64,000 bases of DNA from Candidatus Levyibacteriota bacterium (GCA_016186645.1 JACPLF010000007.1:126651-190650), one strand, 5' to 3'; shown: positions 43,936 through 55,446, counted from the first letter of the stretch. Numbers and translations are program-made. Notes: generated by a model not told the origin, from the sequence alone.

Positions 43936-44133
43936 TTAATTTGATGACTTTTTGAAGGATTTAAGTGATTTATCCCGCTGATTAGTTGAATTCTTTGATA
44001 AATCTATGGCTTTTGTCTGCAGTGGACTCGAAAGCGTAATTATTCCATTACTTTGTTTACCTCTTGCCACTTCGATTTTCTTACCACCACCAAAATGAAT
44101 GGTCAAATTCTTAATGAGGCTAAACTCAAACAC
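43936..44133 (-). CDS. hypothetical small protein
   Basis: 65-aa ORF overlapping the upstream ORF by 8 nt; no motifs. Confidence 0.2.
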   Translation of the reverse strand: MFEFSLIKNLTIHFGGGKKIEVARGKQSNGIITLSSPLQTKAIDLSKNSTNQRDKSLKSFKKSSN

Positions 44134-44446
44134 TTATTGTACCTCCTGCTATAGTTGTAAGCATATGTAGGAATGTTTTTGAATCTTCTCGGTGTGCTTG
44201 TCTCAAATCTGGATCTATTAGTTCCCAATTAAACTGTCTTCCATCTCTCCCGAATGGTTGAATAATTCCATTTCTTTCCAAAGCAGAGACAGTTCCTCCT
44301 AATGCATTTCCCTGTAAACCTGAAGCTGTAGATATATAAGTTCCTGGGACCACAAAATTTGCATAGGGGACAGACACCATAGCTTGTATCACCTTTGCCT
44401 GATTTTGTGTTAATTTTCTCACTTTTAGTTCTGCCATTGTTCCCAT
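44126..44446 (-). CDS. hypothetical small protein (possible winged-helix)
   Basis: 106 aa; LTQNQAKVIQAMV ... ALERNGIIQPFGRDGRQ suggests a helix-turn-helix plus wing; speculative. Confidence 0.25.
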   Translation of the reverse strand: MGTMAELKVRKLTQNQAKVIQAMVSVPYANFVVPGTYISTASGLQGNALGGTVSALERNGIIQPFGRDGRQFNWELIDPDLRQAHREDSKTFLHMLTTIAGGTISV

Positions 44447-44750
44447 ATATTCTAATTATACCACACTACGCCAACTATTGCAAGTATCATTTGAAAGTAG
44501 AGCATTACGACTACTTTAAAAGCAAATTTTACCAACTTCTCTCAGGACAAGTCTTTTTTGTGGGGAATTTCCAGATTTAAAAAATTTTACCATTTACGAA
44601 GCTCAATTTAAATAATTCTTCCTTGCTCGCCAGCCAAGCGGGACGATTTCCGCTATCCTCTCACACTTCCTTTTTTATTTGGGGTTTCAAACGTTTTCGC
44701 ATCATCATTGTGAGGTTTTAAGTCGCTCCATAATTTGCCTATTTTTATCT

Positions 44751-45524
44751 TTACCCTTCGATTGGGTTTAGTGTCAGGCAGCCGGGAACTGAGTAAGATG
44801 ATTCATTGTAAATAGTTTTTCCTTTATAATTATTCCATGCTCTATAAAAAGCCCGAAGTTTTGCATAAATATCTTCCTTAATTGATGGATCCAAATACAA
44901 AAATGGACAGACATGATATGGCGTGTTACCACCTTTTAAAATTCCGATTTCAACTACACCAAATCCGGCCGGCGCATTATTACCAAAATTACCTACTTCT
45001 GCTATAATTTGGCCTGCCTGCACCTTATCTCCTACTTTAACTTTTGGATTTCTAACATGTTCTGTCTCATAAATCCATTTTTCCATTTTGCCATTGGCAG
45101 TTACCTGAATAGAATAATCCCCACTCCAAAGCGTTGGAATAGCAATTACTATTCCATCCACCAAAGAACGTGCAGGCGTTCCTAAGGGTACAATAAAAGT
45201 AGGCTGAGGATTGGATTTATCACCACCCGCACTGCTAGCCGGAATTACAAAACCATAATTCATAAATAAACTATCAAACTCAAGTCTTTCTTTTGTAAAA
45301 ACGAAATCTCCTGCTTTATTTGTTTTCGGATCATAATAATCAAGATTTACACCAATACTTTTTAAAAGAAGAGGGGGCAAATCATCTGTTGCTCTGGAAA
45401 CAGATTTTTGAGTTGATTGATTTTTGCTATTTGTCAGTAAGAATCCAACAATTGCAAGAGTAATCCCAAAAGAAACAATTACAAAACCAATAGAAAAAGT
45501 TTTCAGCCAAGAATTATCTTTCAT
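44751..45524 (-). CDS. M23-family peptidase-like protein (membrane anchored)
   Basis: N-terminal TM; C-terminal ...VRNPKVKVGDKVQAGQIIAEVGNFGN... resembles the M23/LytM beta-barrel region; canonical HxH not evident. Confidence 0.45.
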   Translation of the reverse strand: MKDNSWLKTFSIGFVIVSFGITLAIVGFLLTNSKNQSTQKSVSRATDDLPPLLLKSIGVNLDYYDPKTNKAGDFVFTKERLEFDSLFMNYGFVIPASSAGGDKSNPQPTFIVPLGTPARSLVDGIVIAIPTLWSGDYSIQVTANGKMEKWIYETEHVRNPKVKVGDKVQAGQIIAEVGNFGNNAPAGFGVVEIGILKGGNTPYHVCPFLYLDPSIKEDIYAKLRAFYRAWNNYKGKTIYNESSYSVPGCLTLNPIEG

Positions 45525-45547
45525 ATTAAAACATTTTCCCGCTTATC

Positions 45548-45745
45548 TTACTTTGAAAATTTGAAAGCGCTGTATGCTAAAAAACCGCCCAAGGCTACTC
45601 CTACGAAACTTAGCCAAACAGGCAGCTGCCAACCTCCCAAAATTACGTCCCAACCAAGAATAAGTCTCAAAACATGAAGAATAGTAACTACGGAAAAAAT
45701 AATCCCCGTTACCTTTATATACGCTTCTTGCTTCATTTTCTTCAC
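45548..45745 (-). CDS. small two-TM membrane protein
   Basis: 65 aa, two hydrophobic helices. Confidence 0.3.
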   Translation of the reverse strand: MKKMKQEAYIKVTGIIFSVVTILHVLRLILGWDVILGGWQLPVWLSFVGVALGGFLAYSAFKFSK

Positions 45746-45862
45746 CTCCTCCCTCTTACAAAACCACAGGATAATTATATCAAAAGCTAGATTTATAAGT
45801 GTTTTAATGATAAAATTATAGCCAGAAATTAATTTTTAACTTTTAATTTTTAATTTCGTTTA

Positions 45863-45937
45863 TTCCTCTGTAGCTCAATGGTAGAGCGGCGCCCTGTTAA
45901 GGCGAAGGTTAGAGGTCCGAGTCCTCTCGGGGGAGCC
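45863..45937 (+). tRNA. tRNA-Asn (anticodon GTT)
   Basis: tcctctgtagctcaatggtagagcggcgccctgttaaggcga...agaggtccgagtcctctcggggga-g-cca; 5' half matches E. coli tRNA-Asn (UCCUCUGUAG...CUGUUAA); cloverleaf folds with 7-bp acceptor (2 GU), T-stem agagg/cctct; encoded CCA. Confidence 0.8.
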
Positions 45938-45960
45938 AAGGTTGTCTCTCAACTCCGCCC

Positions 45961-47034
45961 CTATTTCTCCTCAAAATTTGATTTAGGAAAATATTGATTT
46001 TCTTCTAGTTGATTTTCTTCAACAGTTTTAGTAGGTTTTTTGTGAGTTTTCCAACAGACAAAACCCATACCTCCCAATATAAAAATTGATATAAAAATAT
46101 AAGGCAAAAGTGTTATTTTTGAAATGCCTTCAATAAGAGTTTGCTTGGGAGGGTTAGAAGTTAAAGTTGGAGCGGAGGCCTTTGCAGATGCTGAGGCAGA
46201 TTGACTGATAGGCGTGGAGCGGACGAGCGAAGCGACGGAGCTCGCCTGCTTGACAGGCGTGGATATTAAAGTTAGAGTTGGAGTTGGGGTTTTTATCATC
46301 ACGCCTACTTTGGCAAAAAGTTCATTGGAATAATTCCCAGGAGCGCATCCATTGCCTGCCCTCACAACAAAATAATAAGTTTTTCCATCCACTAGCTTAT
46401 CAATCGTATATGAGGTTGTATTTGGTCCGCCAACATTCGGATTCCCATAAATATATTTTTTCGATTCAGTTCCGTAAGAAACAAGATAATAACTAACAGA
46501 TCCTGCGGCTTTTGTCCAAGTTAAGGTTATTTGACTTCCTGAACTGGAAACTGCAGATTTCAATACCGGTGCGGTGTCCGGTGCTTTGTCTTTGCAGGAA
46601 TCATCCGGCACTAAAGGGGAAGCAGTAAACTTGATCCAAACGCTGCCAAGAGTAACGGCTGGATTGCTGCTAACATCTGTAACAGTAAATGTATTTGTGC
46701 TTGGACTTAAGTTTTTTGATTTTACAGTAAAATCAACCTTTCCATTTGAATCTGTTGAGGCAGTGTGATTGCCTGCGCCAACAGCGCCATCATTAATAAT
46801 AAGTCCCGGGTCGCTTGTGCTTGTTAAAGTAATGTGGTCTCCTCCTAAACTATTTTTTTGCGCATCTTTTACGGTAACAGAAATAGTGGCAGTTGTTTTT
46901 CCATCCGCTGGTATAGAATCAGTGCTTTTTGTAATACTTGAGTTAACAGGATCCGCGTTATCTGCAAAAACAAAAGATGGAGAAATGTAGAAAAGGAAGA
47001 AAAGAACTAGAAGCAAGATTTTTATTTTTTGCAT
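45961..47034 (-). CDS. secreted, C-terminally membrane-anchored protein with Ig-like/FN3-like domains
   Basis: Signal peptide; FN3-like segment (SQITLTWTKAAGSVSYYLVSYG...YYFVVRAGN); C-terminal TM + basic tail. Confidence 0.5.
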   Translation of the reverse strand: MQKIKILLLVLFFLFYISPSFVFADNADPVNSSITKSTDSIPADGKTTATISVTVKDAQKNSLGGDHITLTSTSDPGLIINDGAVGAGNHTASTDSNGKVDFTVKSKNLSPSTNTFTVTDVSSNPAVTLGSVWIKFTASPLVPDDSCKDKAPDTAPVLKSAVSSSGSQITLTWTKAAGSVSYYLVSYGTESKKYIYGNPNVGGPNTTSYTIDKLVDGKTYYFVVRAGNGCAPGNYSNELFAKVGVMIKTPTPTLTLISTPVKQASSVASLVRSTPISQSASASAKASAPTLTSNPPKQTLIEGISKITLLPYIFISIFILGGMGFVCWKTHKKPTKTVEENQLEENQYFPKSNFEEK

Positions 47035-47270
47035 ACCTCTTTAGTATAGTATTTGCCTTGATAATTGTAAAAAGTTTAATTCCCACTCAAAGCTATGGAG
47101 AATTATTTAGCTTGACACCTTAAAGGCTTCGGCCGTGTCTTCGACTCTGAGGGATGAACCCTCAGGCTCAGACTCGAATGAGAGCTCAGCCGAATCGGTG
47201 GGATCGTATATCGTAACTACGAAATATAAAAAAAACTATTCTGGAAATTCCCCGCAAATGGCTTGGGTAA

Positions 47271-47298
47271 TTGTTCCGTTGTCTAGACAACGGAACAA
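47271..47298. promoter_or_regulatory. 28-bp perfect palindrome ttgttccgttgtctagacaacggaacaa (operator-like) in a divergent intergenic region
   Basis: Exact reverse-complement symmetry over 28 nt, in the 524-bp gap between divergent genes 45961..47034(-) and 47559..47945(+). Confidence 0.4.
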
Positions 47299-47519
47299 AT
47301 TAAAGTAAATCAACTATAGCCAATCTTCCCTCAAAGTCCTAAAACTTGCCAATTGGTCACCGCTTCTAAGCCTAAAAAAATGGACAAAATTTCCCGATCG
47401 GAGAAATTTGTCAAGAATCTAATGCTGGAAATTACCCACAAAAAAGAGTAAAATTGGGTTCAAATACTTGATGAAGAAGTGATTATTGACGTAGAAATGC
47501 CCAACATGTAAGAAAAGGG

Positions 47520-47552
47520 GGGTTGTTCACGAAGTCGAGAGTCTGATATAAT
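47520..47552 (+). promoter_or_regulatory. possible promoter (TTGTTC-18-TATAAT) giving a near-leaderless transcript for the SRPBCC gene
   Basis: tataat at 47547-47552, 6 nt before the GTG start at 47559. Confidence 0.25.
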
Positions 47553-47558
47553 TGGCTT

Positions 47559-47945
47559 GTGAAAACGATTAGGCAAACATATCGCGTACATTCTTCTCTT
47601 GCGGAAGTTTGGAAAGCTCTCACCGATCCAAAATACATTGACGCTTGGGGCGGGGGTCCTGCAAAAATGAATGATAAAGGTGGGACTAAATTTGAATTTT
47701 GGGGAGGAGATATTTTTGGAAAAAATATCGAAGCTGTTCCTTTGAGAAAAATAAAACAGGAATGGTTTGCCGGCAAATGGGACAAGCCTTCTATTGTTAC
47801 CCTTACTCTTACAAAAGAAAGCCACGCGGTAAATATTGAACTTTTACACACAGACATACCAGATAATGAAGCAAAAGATATTGGTGAGGGATGGAAAGAA
47901 TATTACTTAGGCCCTCTTAAAGAATATCTCGAAAATAAATCTTAG
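47559..47945 (+). CDS. SRPBCC/AHSA1-domain protein (activator of Hsp90 ATPase homolog-like)
   Basis: [48 protein letters not shown] typical of AHSA1/SRPBCC; GTG start. Confidence 0.65.
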   Translation: MKTIRQTYRVHSSLAEVWKALTDPKYIDAWGGGPAKMNDKGGTKFEFWGGDIFGKNIEAVPLRKIKQEWFAGKWDKPSIVTLTLTKESHAVNIELLHTDIPDNEAKDIGEGWKEYYLGPLKEYLENKS

Positions 47946-49081
47946 TCTCCAAGATAATCACGGAGTTTGTTTCCTCGGGATGGATGGCGAAGTTTTCTTA
48001 AAGCCTTTGCTTCGATTTGCCTAATACGTTCTCTAGTAACTGCAAACATGCGGCCCACCTCTTCCAAAGTTTTTGGCTTTCCATCCTTAAGACCAAAACG
48101 TTCTTCCAAAACTCTTCTTTCTCTATCAGATAAAGTGAGCAATACTCCTTCTACTTGTTCTTTCAAAAGCTCACGAGATGCGGAGTCAAAAAGAGTTGGT
48201 GCTGCAGCATCATGAATAAAATCTCCGAGTCTTGAATCATCTTCATCTCCGACAGGAGTTTCCAAAGAGGCCGGTTCCTGAGAAATTTTGATAATTTCCA
48301 AAGCCTTATCTGACTCAATCCCCAATACTTTTGCAACTTCTTCAGGCGTTGGTTCGCGTCCCAATTCCTGCATTAATTTTCTGGAAGTTCTAAGAAATCT
48401 ATTTATGTTCTCGACCATGTGGACGGGGATTCTAATAGTTCTTGCCTGATCGGCAATTGCACGAGTGATACTTTGTCTAATCCACCACGTGGCATAAGTT
48501 GAAAATTTAAAACCTCTTCTCCAGTCGTATTTCTCAACAGCTCTGATTAATCCCTGGTTTCCCTCCTGAATCAAATCCAATAAAGTCAAGCCTCGTCCTA
48601 CATATTTTTTCGCAATTGATACTACCAAACGAAGATTTGAAGTGGTAAGCATTTTTTTTGCAGCCTTGTCTCCCTTCTCAACCTTTTTGGCCAGTGTTAT
48701 TTCCTGATCAAATTTAAGAAGAGGAATTCTTCCAATTTCTTTAAGATACATCCTCACAGGATCTGAAACCGTACCCTCGGTCAATACAGTCAAAGCTTCA
48801 AGTTCTTTTTCCAATGCCTCCATTGGCTTGTTGTCTCCATCCTGATCTTTTACAACAGATTCAAAAACGTCAATATCTGATTCCAAAAGTCTGTTATACA
48901 GATGATCCAACTCAACTAAATGCTCTTCTGGCCTTGGGAAGATGGATAAAATTTCCTCCTGAGTGATATATCCTCTTTTTTTTGCAGACAAAACAATATC
49001 TGAGAGTATATCTGGTGCTTTTTCTTTATGATTCTTCATAATATCCTTTGAACCTCTATCCAGCACCTTTGAAAATCTCAA
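47942..49081 (-). CDS. rpoD: RNA polymerase sigma factor RpoD (sigma-70)
   Basis: Regions 1.2-4 present: [37 protein letters not shown]-terminal [29 protein letters not shown]. Confidence 0.9.
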   Translation of the reverse strand: MRFSKVLDRGSKDIMKNHKEKAPDILSDIVLSAKKRGYITQEEILSIFPRPEEHLVELDHLYNRLLESDIDVFESVVKDQDGDNKPMEALEKELEALTVLTEGTVSDPVRMYLKEIGRIPLLKFDQEITLAKKVEKGDKAAKKMLTTSNLRLVVSIAKKYVGRGLTLLDLIQEGNQGLIRAVEKYDWRRGFKFSTYATWWIRQSITRAIADQARTIRIPVHMVENINRFLRTSRKLMQELGREPTPEEVAKVLGIESDKALEIIKISQEPASLETPVGDEDDSRLGDFIHDAAAPTLFDSASRELLKEQVEGVLLTLSDRERRVLEERFGLKDGKPKTLEEVGRMFAVTRERIRQIEAKALRKLRHPSRGNKLRDYLGD

Positions 49082-49136
49082 TTTACCAATGGATAAACAC
49101 TACCCATTAAAAGGTGCTGGATCTATTTTACCACAT

Positions 49137-50960
49137 TTAAGCTTTGGAGAGGAGGCTAATCGTTGAGGCTAGTTCTTTTTCTAAATCGCCCACTTTTTTA
49201 ACATCTGCATCCCTATCTCCTGTCTTAAGCTTTAAGGAAATTTTTTTTATTCTTTCTTTCAAAAATAACGTTCTTAATTCAGCTGCGACCTTTTCTGATT
49301 CTAAAATATATTTCTCCTCATCTTCAAATTTAGGTAAAGGAAATAGATACTGAGTGTCAAAAGCGGTTTCCAATTCTTTAGGGAGGACCTTTAAGAAAAT
49401 TTTGGGATTAAATGTATTACTAGACTTGAAATAGTCAACTAAAAAATTTATTATTTTTTCATATGAAACTGTCTTAAACTCATAATTTTTGAGAATTGCC
49501 AAGCATCTATCTAAAATTTTCTTGGCATTGCCATTCTGAAGAATCAGAGCCAATAAATAATCCTCCAAGACTTCTTTTCTCTCTTTTTTTTCTATTTTCG
49601 CCTCTTTGATTTCTTCCTTTATAACCTCTTTCTTTTCTATTTTTTCTACCTCTTTTGCAATAGCATCCAAAGATATATCAAGATCAAGACTTAATTTTTT
49701 TAGATAGTGCTCTTTTACTATTTCATTTGAGATCTTTGTAAAGATAGGCAACAACTCTTCGCTTATTTTTCTTTTTCCATAAATTTTATCTTTTTCAAAG
49801 GCAGAAAACGTTTTTGAAAAAATAAAATCATATATTGGAACATCTTTTTTGATAGCCTTTTTAAAAGATATAGGATCTTTTTTTATGGCTTCGTCAGCGT
49901 CTTTACTTTCTTCAAAAATACAAGTTGTTATATTCATTCCTTTTTTTTCTAAAACAAGCAAACTTCTTTTCGCAGCTTCATAACCAGCATCGTCTTTATC
50001 AAAACAAAGACAAATATTATTTGTAAATCGGCTAATGAGAGCAACTTGATTCTCAGTAAGAGCAGTTCCTTTTACCGCCACGACATTTTTAACGCCAATA
50101 CTAAAACAAGAAATAACGTCCAATTCTCCTTCTACAATAATTGCTTTGTCTAGTTTTTTTATTTCTTCTTTTGCAGTATTTAAACCAAAAAACATACTGC
50201 CTTTGTGATAAACGAGTGTATCTCGAGTGTTAATATACTTTCCGCCGCTGTATGGCTCCAGAATTGCACGTCCTGAGAATCCTACAACATTATCCCTATG
50301 ATCAAAAAGCGGAAACATTACTCTTCCTCTAAAAAAATCAAGCACGCCTGCTTGTCCTGAGCCTGTCGAAGGACCCCTTCCATAAAACGCTAATCCTGCT
50401 TCTATCAAATCTTCCTTTTTATATTTTTTCTTGTTGATTAGATAATTGGACAGATCAACGCCATCTTTTGGAGAAAATCCAATCATAAAAGTCTCGATGA
50501 GTCTTTCGTCTAACTTTCTTTCTTCTACTAAGTAACCGAGTGCTTTTTTCCCGGCTTTGTGTTTGGTTAAAACATAATGATAAAAATCCAGGGCGGCTTT
50601 ATTTATTTTATAAATCATTTCTTTTTTCCCGGAAACACCCGCCTGGAAATCTGATTGTCTAAGCTGTATCCCTGTTCTTTTTGCCAAAATCCTCAAGGCT
50701 TCAACAAATTCCAAATTCTCATACTCCATGAGAAATGTATATACGTCTCCGCCCTTGCTGCAGCCTCCAAAACAGTGCCAAATCTGGCGCTCAGGAGAAA
50801 CAACAAAAGACGGAGTTTTTTCGTTATGAAAAGGGCAAATTGCCTTAAAATTGCGGCCCATTTTCTTAAGAGGAATATATTCCGATATAAAAGAAACTAT
50901 ATCTATTCTTTCTCGTATTTGCGCAACCTCATCCATCCCGTTAGAAAACCCTCCTTTCAA
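49137..50960 (-). CDS. dnaG: DNA primase DnaG
   Basis: Zinc-ribbon CPFHNEKTPSFVV...HCFGGCSKGGD, TOPRIM EGELDV...DKDDAG; contains the family-B repeat element in-frame at 50347-50376. Confidence 0.85.
   Translation of the reverse strand: MKGGFSNGMDEVAQIRERIDIVSFISEYIPLKKMGRNFKAICPFHNEKTPSFVVSPERQIWHCFGGCSKGGDVYTFLMEYENLEFVEALRILAKRTGIQLRQSDFQAGVSGKKEMIYKINKAALDFYHYVLTKHKAGKKALGYLVEERKLDERLIETFMIGFSPKDGVDLSNYLINKKKYKKEDLIEAGLAFYGRGPSTGSGQAGVLDFFRGRVMFPLFDHRDNVVGFSGRAILEPYSGGKYINTRDTLVYHKGSMFFGLNTAKEEIKKLDKAIIVEGELDVISCFSIGVKNVVAVKGTALTENQVALISRFTNNICLCFDKDDAGYEAAKRSLLVLEKKGMNITTCIFEESKDADEAIKKDPISFKKAIKKDVPIYDFIFSKTFSAFEKDKIYGKRKISEELLPIFTKISNEIVKEHYLKKLSLDLDISLDAIAKEVEKIEKKEVIKEEIKEAKIEKKERKEVLEDYLLALILQNGNAKKILDRCLAILKNYEFKTVSYEKIINFLVDYFKSSNTFNPKIFLKVLPKELETAFDTQYLFPLPKFEDEEKYILESEKVAAELRTLFLKERIKKISLKLKTGDRDADVKKVGDLEKELASTISLLSKA
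50347..50376. repeat. repeat element family B (reverse orientation) in-frame in dnaG
   Basis: Reverse complement ggtccttcgacaggctcaggacaagcagg resembles uvrD 18329-18356; encodes GPSTGSGQAGV in DnaG. Confidence 0.6.
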
Positions 50961-51172
50961 AGTTAATTTGTTGAATGTATGTCGACTCTTCTAATGTGTA
51001 TTTTCTAACGGGATCCATAGTGCTCGTATTCTATACCCCTTCGCTTTCAAAATACAAGTAGTATAAGTGCCTAACGAAGCTTTGATTTTGAAAGCTACGG
51101 AGGTATATGCAATTTATAATCAAATCGTAGTGGCATATCACTTTAATGATTGATTTTTCTAGATTCCTTTAA

Positions 51173-52468
<1,296 letters not shown>

Positions 52469-52480
52469 TATAATATAATT

Positions 52481-53818
52481 ATGCCACTACCAGAAAGATA
52501 CGCCAGAGAAGTTCCTAAGATGGTTAAGATTTGGGAACCAGCAGGATATTTTGACGCTCAATCAAGAATTTGGTTAGCTCAAAGTGAAGCTCGACACGAA
52601 TTATATGGCAAACCCACAGCAGAACAATTAAAAGAAATTCGTGCTGCATTAGCATTAAATCCAGAAGATGTCGATGCTTTAAATGAAGCAAAAGGACATG
52701 AAACAAATAAATTACTTAGAAAAGTTCAGGGAAAACTTTCTCCAGAGGCGGGAAATTTTATTCATTTGGGAAATACAAGTAGTGACGTTCTGGATACAAG
52801 TCTTTCTTTACAAATAATTGAGTCTTTAGGGGTAATAAAGAGTGACTTCGATAAATTAGGAGAATCATTAGCATCTCTTGCTCTAAAACACAGAGGGACA
52901 TTGCAAGTAGCAAGAACACACACTCAACATGGAATTCCTCAAACTTTTGGTCGTCAAGTTCTTGGATGGTATGAAGAAGTACAAAGAGGAATTGAAAGAA
53001 CTGCTCGAGCAAAACAAACTATATCATTTGGAAAAACTTCCGGAGAAGTTGGAACTAATGTTTTTATTGAACCTGAAGTAGAAGAATTAGCCTTATCTAA
53101 ATTAGGACTCAAACCAGATTCTGCACCGACTCAAATCATAAGCCGAGACAGGCATGCTGAAGTTGTAGCTTTAATGGCAGTTAATGGTACGACTCTTGCT
53201 CGTATTGCAACAAATATACGTCTCTTAGGAAGTACAGATATAGGAGAAGTACGTGAGCCTTTCGATCCAGAAACTCAACAGGGATCAAGCGCAATGCCTC
53301 ATAAAAGAAATACAGAATTGACAGAAAGAGTTGTAGGATTAAATCGAAGAATAAGATCTACTGTTGGAGAAGAATTAGATGCAGCCATAACATGGCTTGA
53401 AAGAGACATAAGTCATTCATCAACTGAAAGATTAACTCTTCCTGATCTTTTTGGTTGTTTGTCTTATATAGCTAAATTAACGACATTTGTTACAGATGGA
53501 TTAGTAGTAAATGCAGATACAATGCTTAAAAATATGGACAAAACACATGGAAGTATTTATAGCTCCCGTTTATTAAATGCTTTATTAGAGACAGGACAGA
53601 TATCTCGAACAGAAGCTTATGAATTGGTAAAAGGACTTTCTCAAACAGCAATGGATACAGAAACTCCATTACTCAAACTTGCATCGGATAATCCGACAAT
53701 TGCAAAGCTTTTAAAACCAGACCAGCTTCCTGAACTTTTTGATCCAGGTTTCTATCTTAGAAATATTGATGTTGCTTTCAAAAGAGCAGGATTAATTTTC
53801 TCCAAAGATAAAAAGTAG
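52481..53818 (+). CDS. purB: adenylosuccinate lyase (fumarate lyase family)
   Basis: Fumarate-lyase signature GSSAMPHKRN; 445 aa. Confidence 0.85.
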   Translation: MPLPERYAREVPKMVKIWEPAGYFDAQSRIWLAQSEARHELYGKPTAEQLKEIRAALALNPEDVDALNEAKGHETNKLLRKVQGKLSPEAGNFIHLGNTSSDVLDTSLSLQIIESLGVIKSDFDKLGESLASLALKHRGTLQVARTHTQHGIPQTFGRQVLGWYEEVQRGIERTARAKQTISFGKTSGEVGTNVFIEPEVEELALSKLGLKPDSAPTQIISRDRHAEVVALMAVNGTTLARIATNIRLLGSTDIGEVREPFDPETQQGSSAMPHKRNTELTERVVGLNRRIRSTVGEELDAAITWLERDISHSSTERLTLPDLFGCLSYIAKLTTFVTDGLVVNADTMLKNMDKTHGSIYSSRLLNALLETGQISRTEAYELVKGLSQTAMDTETPLLKLASDNPTIAKLLKPDQLPELFDPGFYLRNIDVAFKRAGLIFSKDKK

Positions 53819-53865
53819 TATTGTCGTTCAATTTTTCACTTTTCATTTTTCATTTTTAGTTTATG

Positions 53866-55446
53866 TCATTCCCATTCCATTGTTGCTGGAGGCTTGGTAG
53901 TAATGTCGTAGACAACTCTTGAGACGCCTGGAACTTCGTTAACTATTCTTGAAGAAATTTTCTGTAAAAGATCATAGGGGAGCCGGGCCCAAGTTGTAGT
54001 CATAAGATCTTTTGACTCAATCACCCGAAGAGCTACAACCTCTCCAAACTGCCTCCCATCTCCTTTAACTGCAGTTGAATATGCATCTGTCATAACCGGA
54101 AAAGACATGAAGATATTTGGAATTCCCGATTTTTCAAGCTCTGAAAGAACAATCTCATCTGCCATTTTCTCCATTTCCAATCTTTCTTTTGTAACTTCCC
54201 CTCTAATTCTGACTGCGTATCCCGGACCGGGAAAAGTCTGCTTGCTAACAAATTCCTCAGGCAGTCCTAATTTTCTTCCAATTTTTCTCACTTCATCTTT
54301 ATAAAAATCCCGCATTGGTTCCAAAAGTTTTAATTTCATTTTTTTTGGCAATCCGCCAACATTGTGATGTGACTTAATTTTAGCCGAATGTTTTGTGCCT
54401 TGAGATTCTATAACATCCGAATAAATCGTGCCTTGAAGAAGAAACTTTACAGGTATTTTTTTCTTTAACAATTTTCTCCTAACACTTTCAAAAATCTCTA
54501 TGTAAAAATTGCCAATAATTTTTCTTTTCTTCTCGCTATCTGTAATTTTTTTAAGGCGGGACATGGTCTCCCCTGTCACATTTACTACTACAGGCTTAAT
54601 GCCAATTTTCTTAAATATTTTTATTACATGCTCCTCTGTTCCCTTCCTCATTAATCCATTGTCAATAAAAACAGGGACAAATCTTTTCCCTATCGCTTTT
54701 GCTGTTAAAGTCGCAGCAACTGTAGAATCAACTCCTCCCGATACTGCTCCGATTACATAACTCTCCCCGACAGTTTTTTGAATTTCTGAAATTATCCTCT
54801 CTGTCATTCTGGGGAACGAAGTGACTCCAGAATCGATTCTGGACAAGCCAGAATGACAAATACCAATAAAGTTTTCCAAGATTTGTAAGCCAAATTGCGT
54901 GTGTTCCACTTCCGGATGAAATTGAAGCCCGTATATTTTTTTATACTTGTTTTCAACAAATGCAAAAGGAACCCCAACGGACGAACCTACTGTTTGAAAA
55001 CCTTTAGGCAATCTAACCACCTCATCTCCATGACTCATCCAGACAATAAATTGCCGCGGCAATTTAGATGAGAATTGAGAAATGAGAGATGGGAAATTTT
55101 TATTTCTCATTTCTGACCTCTCATCTTTCATTTCCAGTGTCGTTGGTCCATATTCTTTTTTTCCTGCAATAACTCTTCCGCCTAATAAATGTGCTGTTAA
55201 TTGCAAACCATAACAAATTCCCAAAATTGGAATTTTCAAACTAAAGATCTTCACGTCGATAGTTGGTGCGCCTTTTTCGTAAACAGAAGATGGGCCTCCA
55301 GACAAAACTATTCCTTGGGGTTTCTTCTTTTTTATTTTTTCAAGGGCATCATCCGGATTAGCTATTAATACCTGTACACCAATTTCTTTAAGACGGCGTG
55401 CAATAAGATGTGTCGTCTGAGACCCAAAATCAACAATTATAATCAT
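53866..55446 (-). CDS. guaA: GMP synthase (glutamine-hydrolysing)
   Basis: GATase (GICYGLQ, HPEV) plus ATP-PPase SGGVDS motif; contains the family-A repeat element in-frame in the inter-domain linker. Confidence 0.9.
   Translation of the reverse strand: MIIIVDFGSQTTHLIARRLKEIGVQVLIANPDDALEKIKKKKPQGIVLSGGPSSVYEKGAPTIDVKIFSLKIPILGICYGLQLTAHLLGGRVIAGKKEYGPTTLEMKDERSEMRNKNFPSLISQFSSKLPRQFIVWMSHGDEVVRLPKGFQTVGSSVGVPFAFVENKYKKIYGLQFHPEVEHTQFGLQILENFIGICHSGLSRIDSGVTSFPRMTERIISEIQKTVGESYVIGAVSGGVDSTVAATLTAKAIGKRFVPVFIDNGLMRKGTEEHVIKIFKKIGIKPVVVNVTGETMSRLKKITDSEKKRKIIGNFYIEIFESVRRKLLKKKIPVKFLLQGTIYSDVIESQGTKHSAKIKSHHNVGGLPKKMKLKLLEPMRDFYKDEVRKIGRKLGLPEEFVSKQTFPGPGYAVRIRGEVTKERLEMEKMADEIVLSELEKSGIPNIFMSFPVMTDAYSTAVKGDGRQFGEVVALRVIESKDLMTTTWARLPYDLLQKISSRIVNEVPGVSRVVYDITTKPPATMEWE
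54802..54858. repeat. hairpin repeat element family A in-frame in guaA (tgtcattctgg ... ccagaatgaca terminal inverted repeats)
   Basis: tgtcattctggggaacgaagtgactccagaatcgattctggacaagccagaatgaca; 38-nt core nearly identical to uvrD 18109-18146; encodes CHSGLSRIDSGVTSFPRMT, a linker about 7 aa longer than E. coli GuaA. Confidence 0.7.

Noticed and set aside
47460-47857. Two overlapping minus-strand ORFs (121 and 124 aa) across the intergenic region and the SRPBCC gene
   Set aside because: They overlap the well-supported + strand SRPBCC/AHSA1 ORF and the palindrome-rich intergenic DNA; no homology signal.
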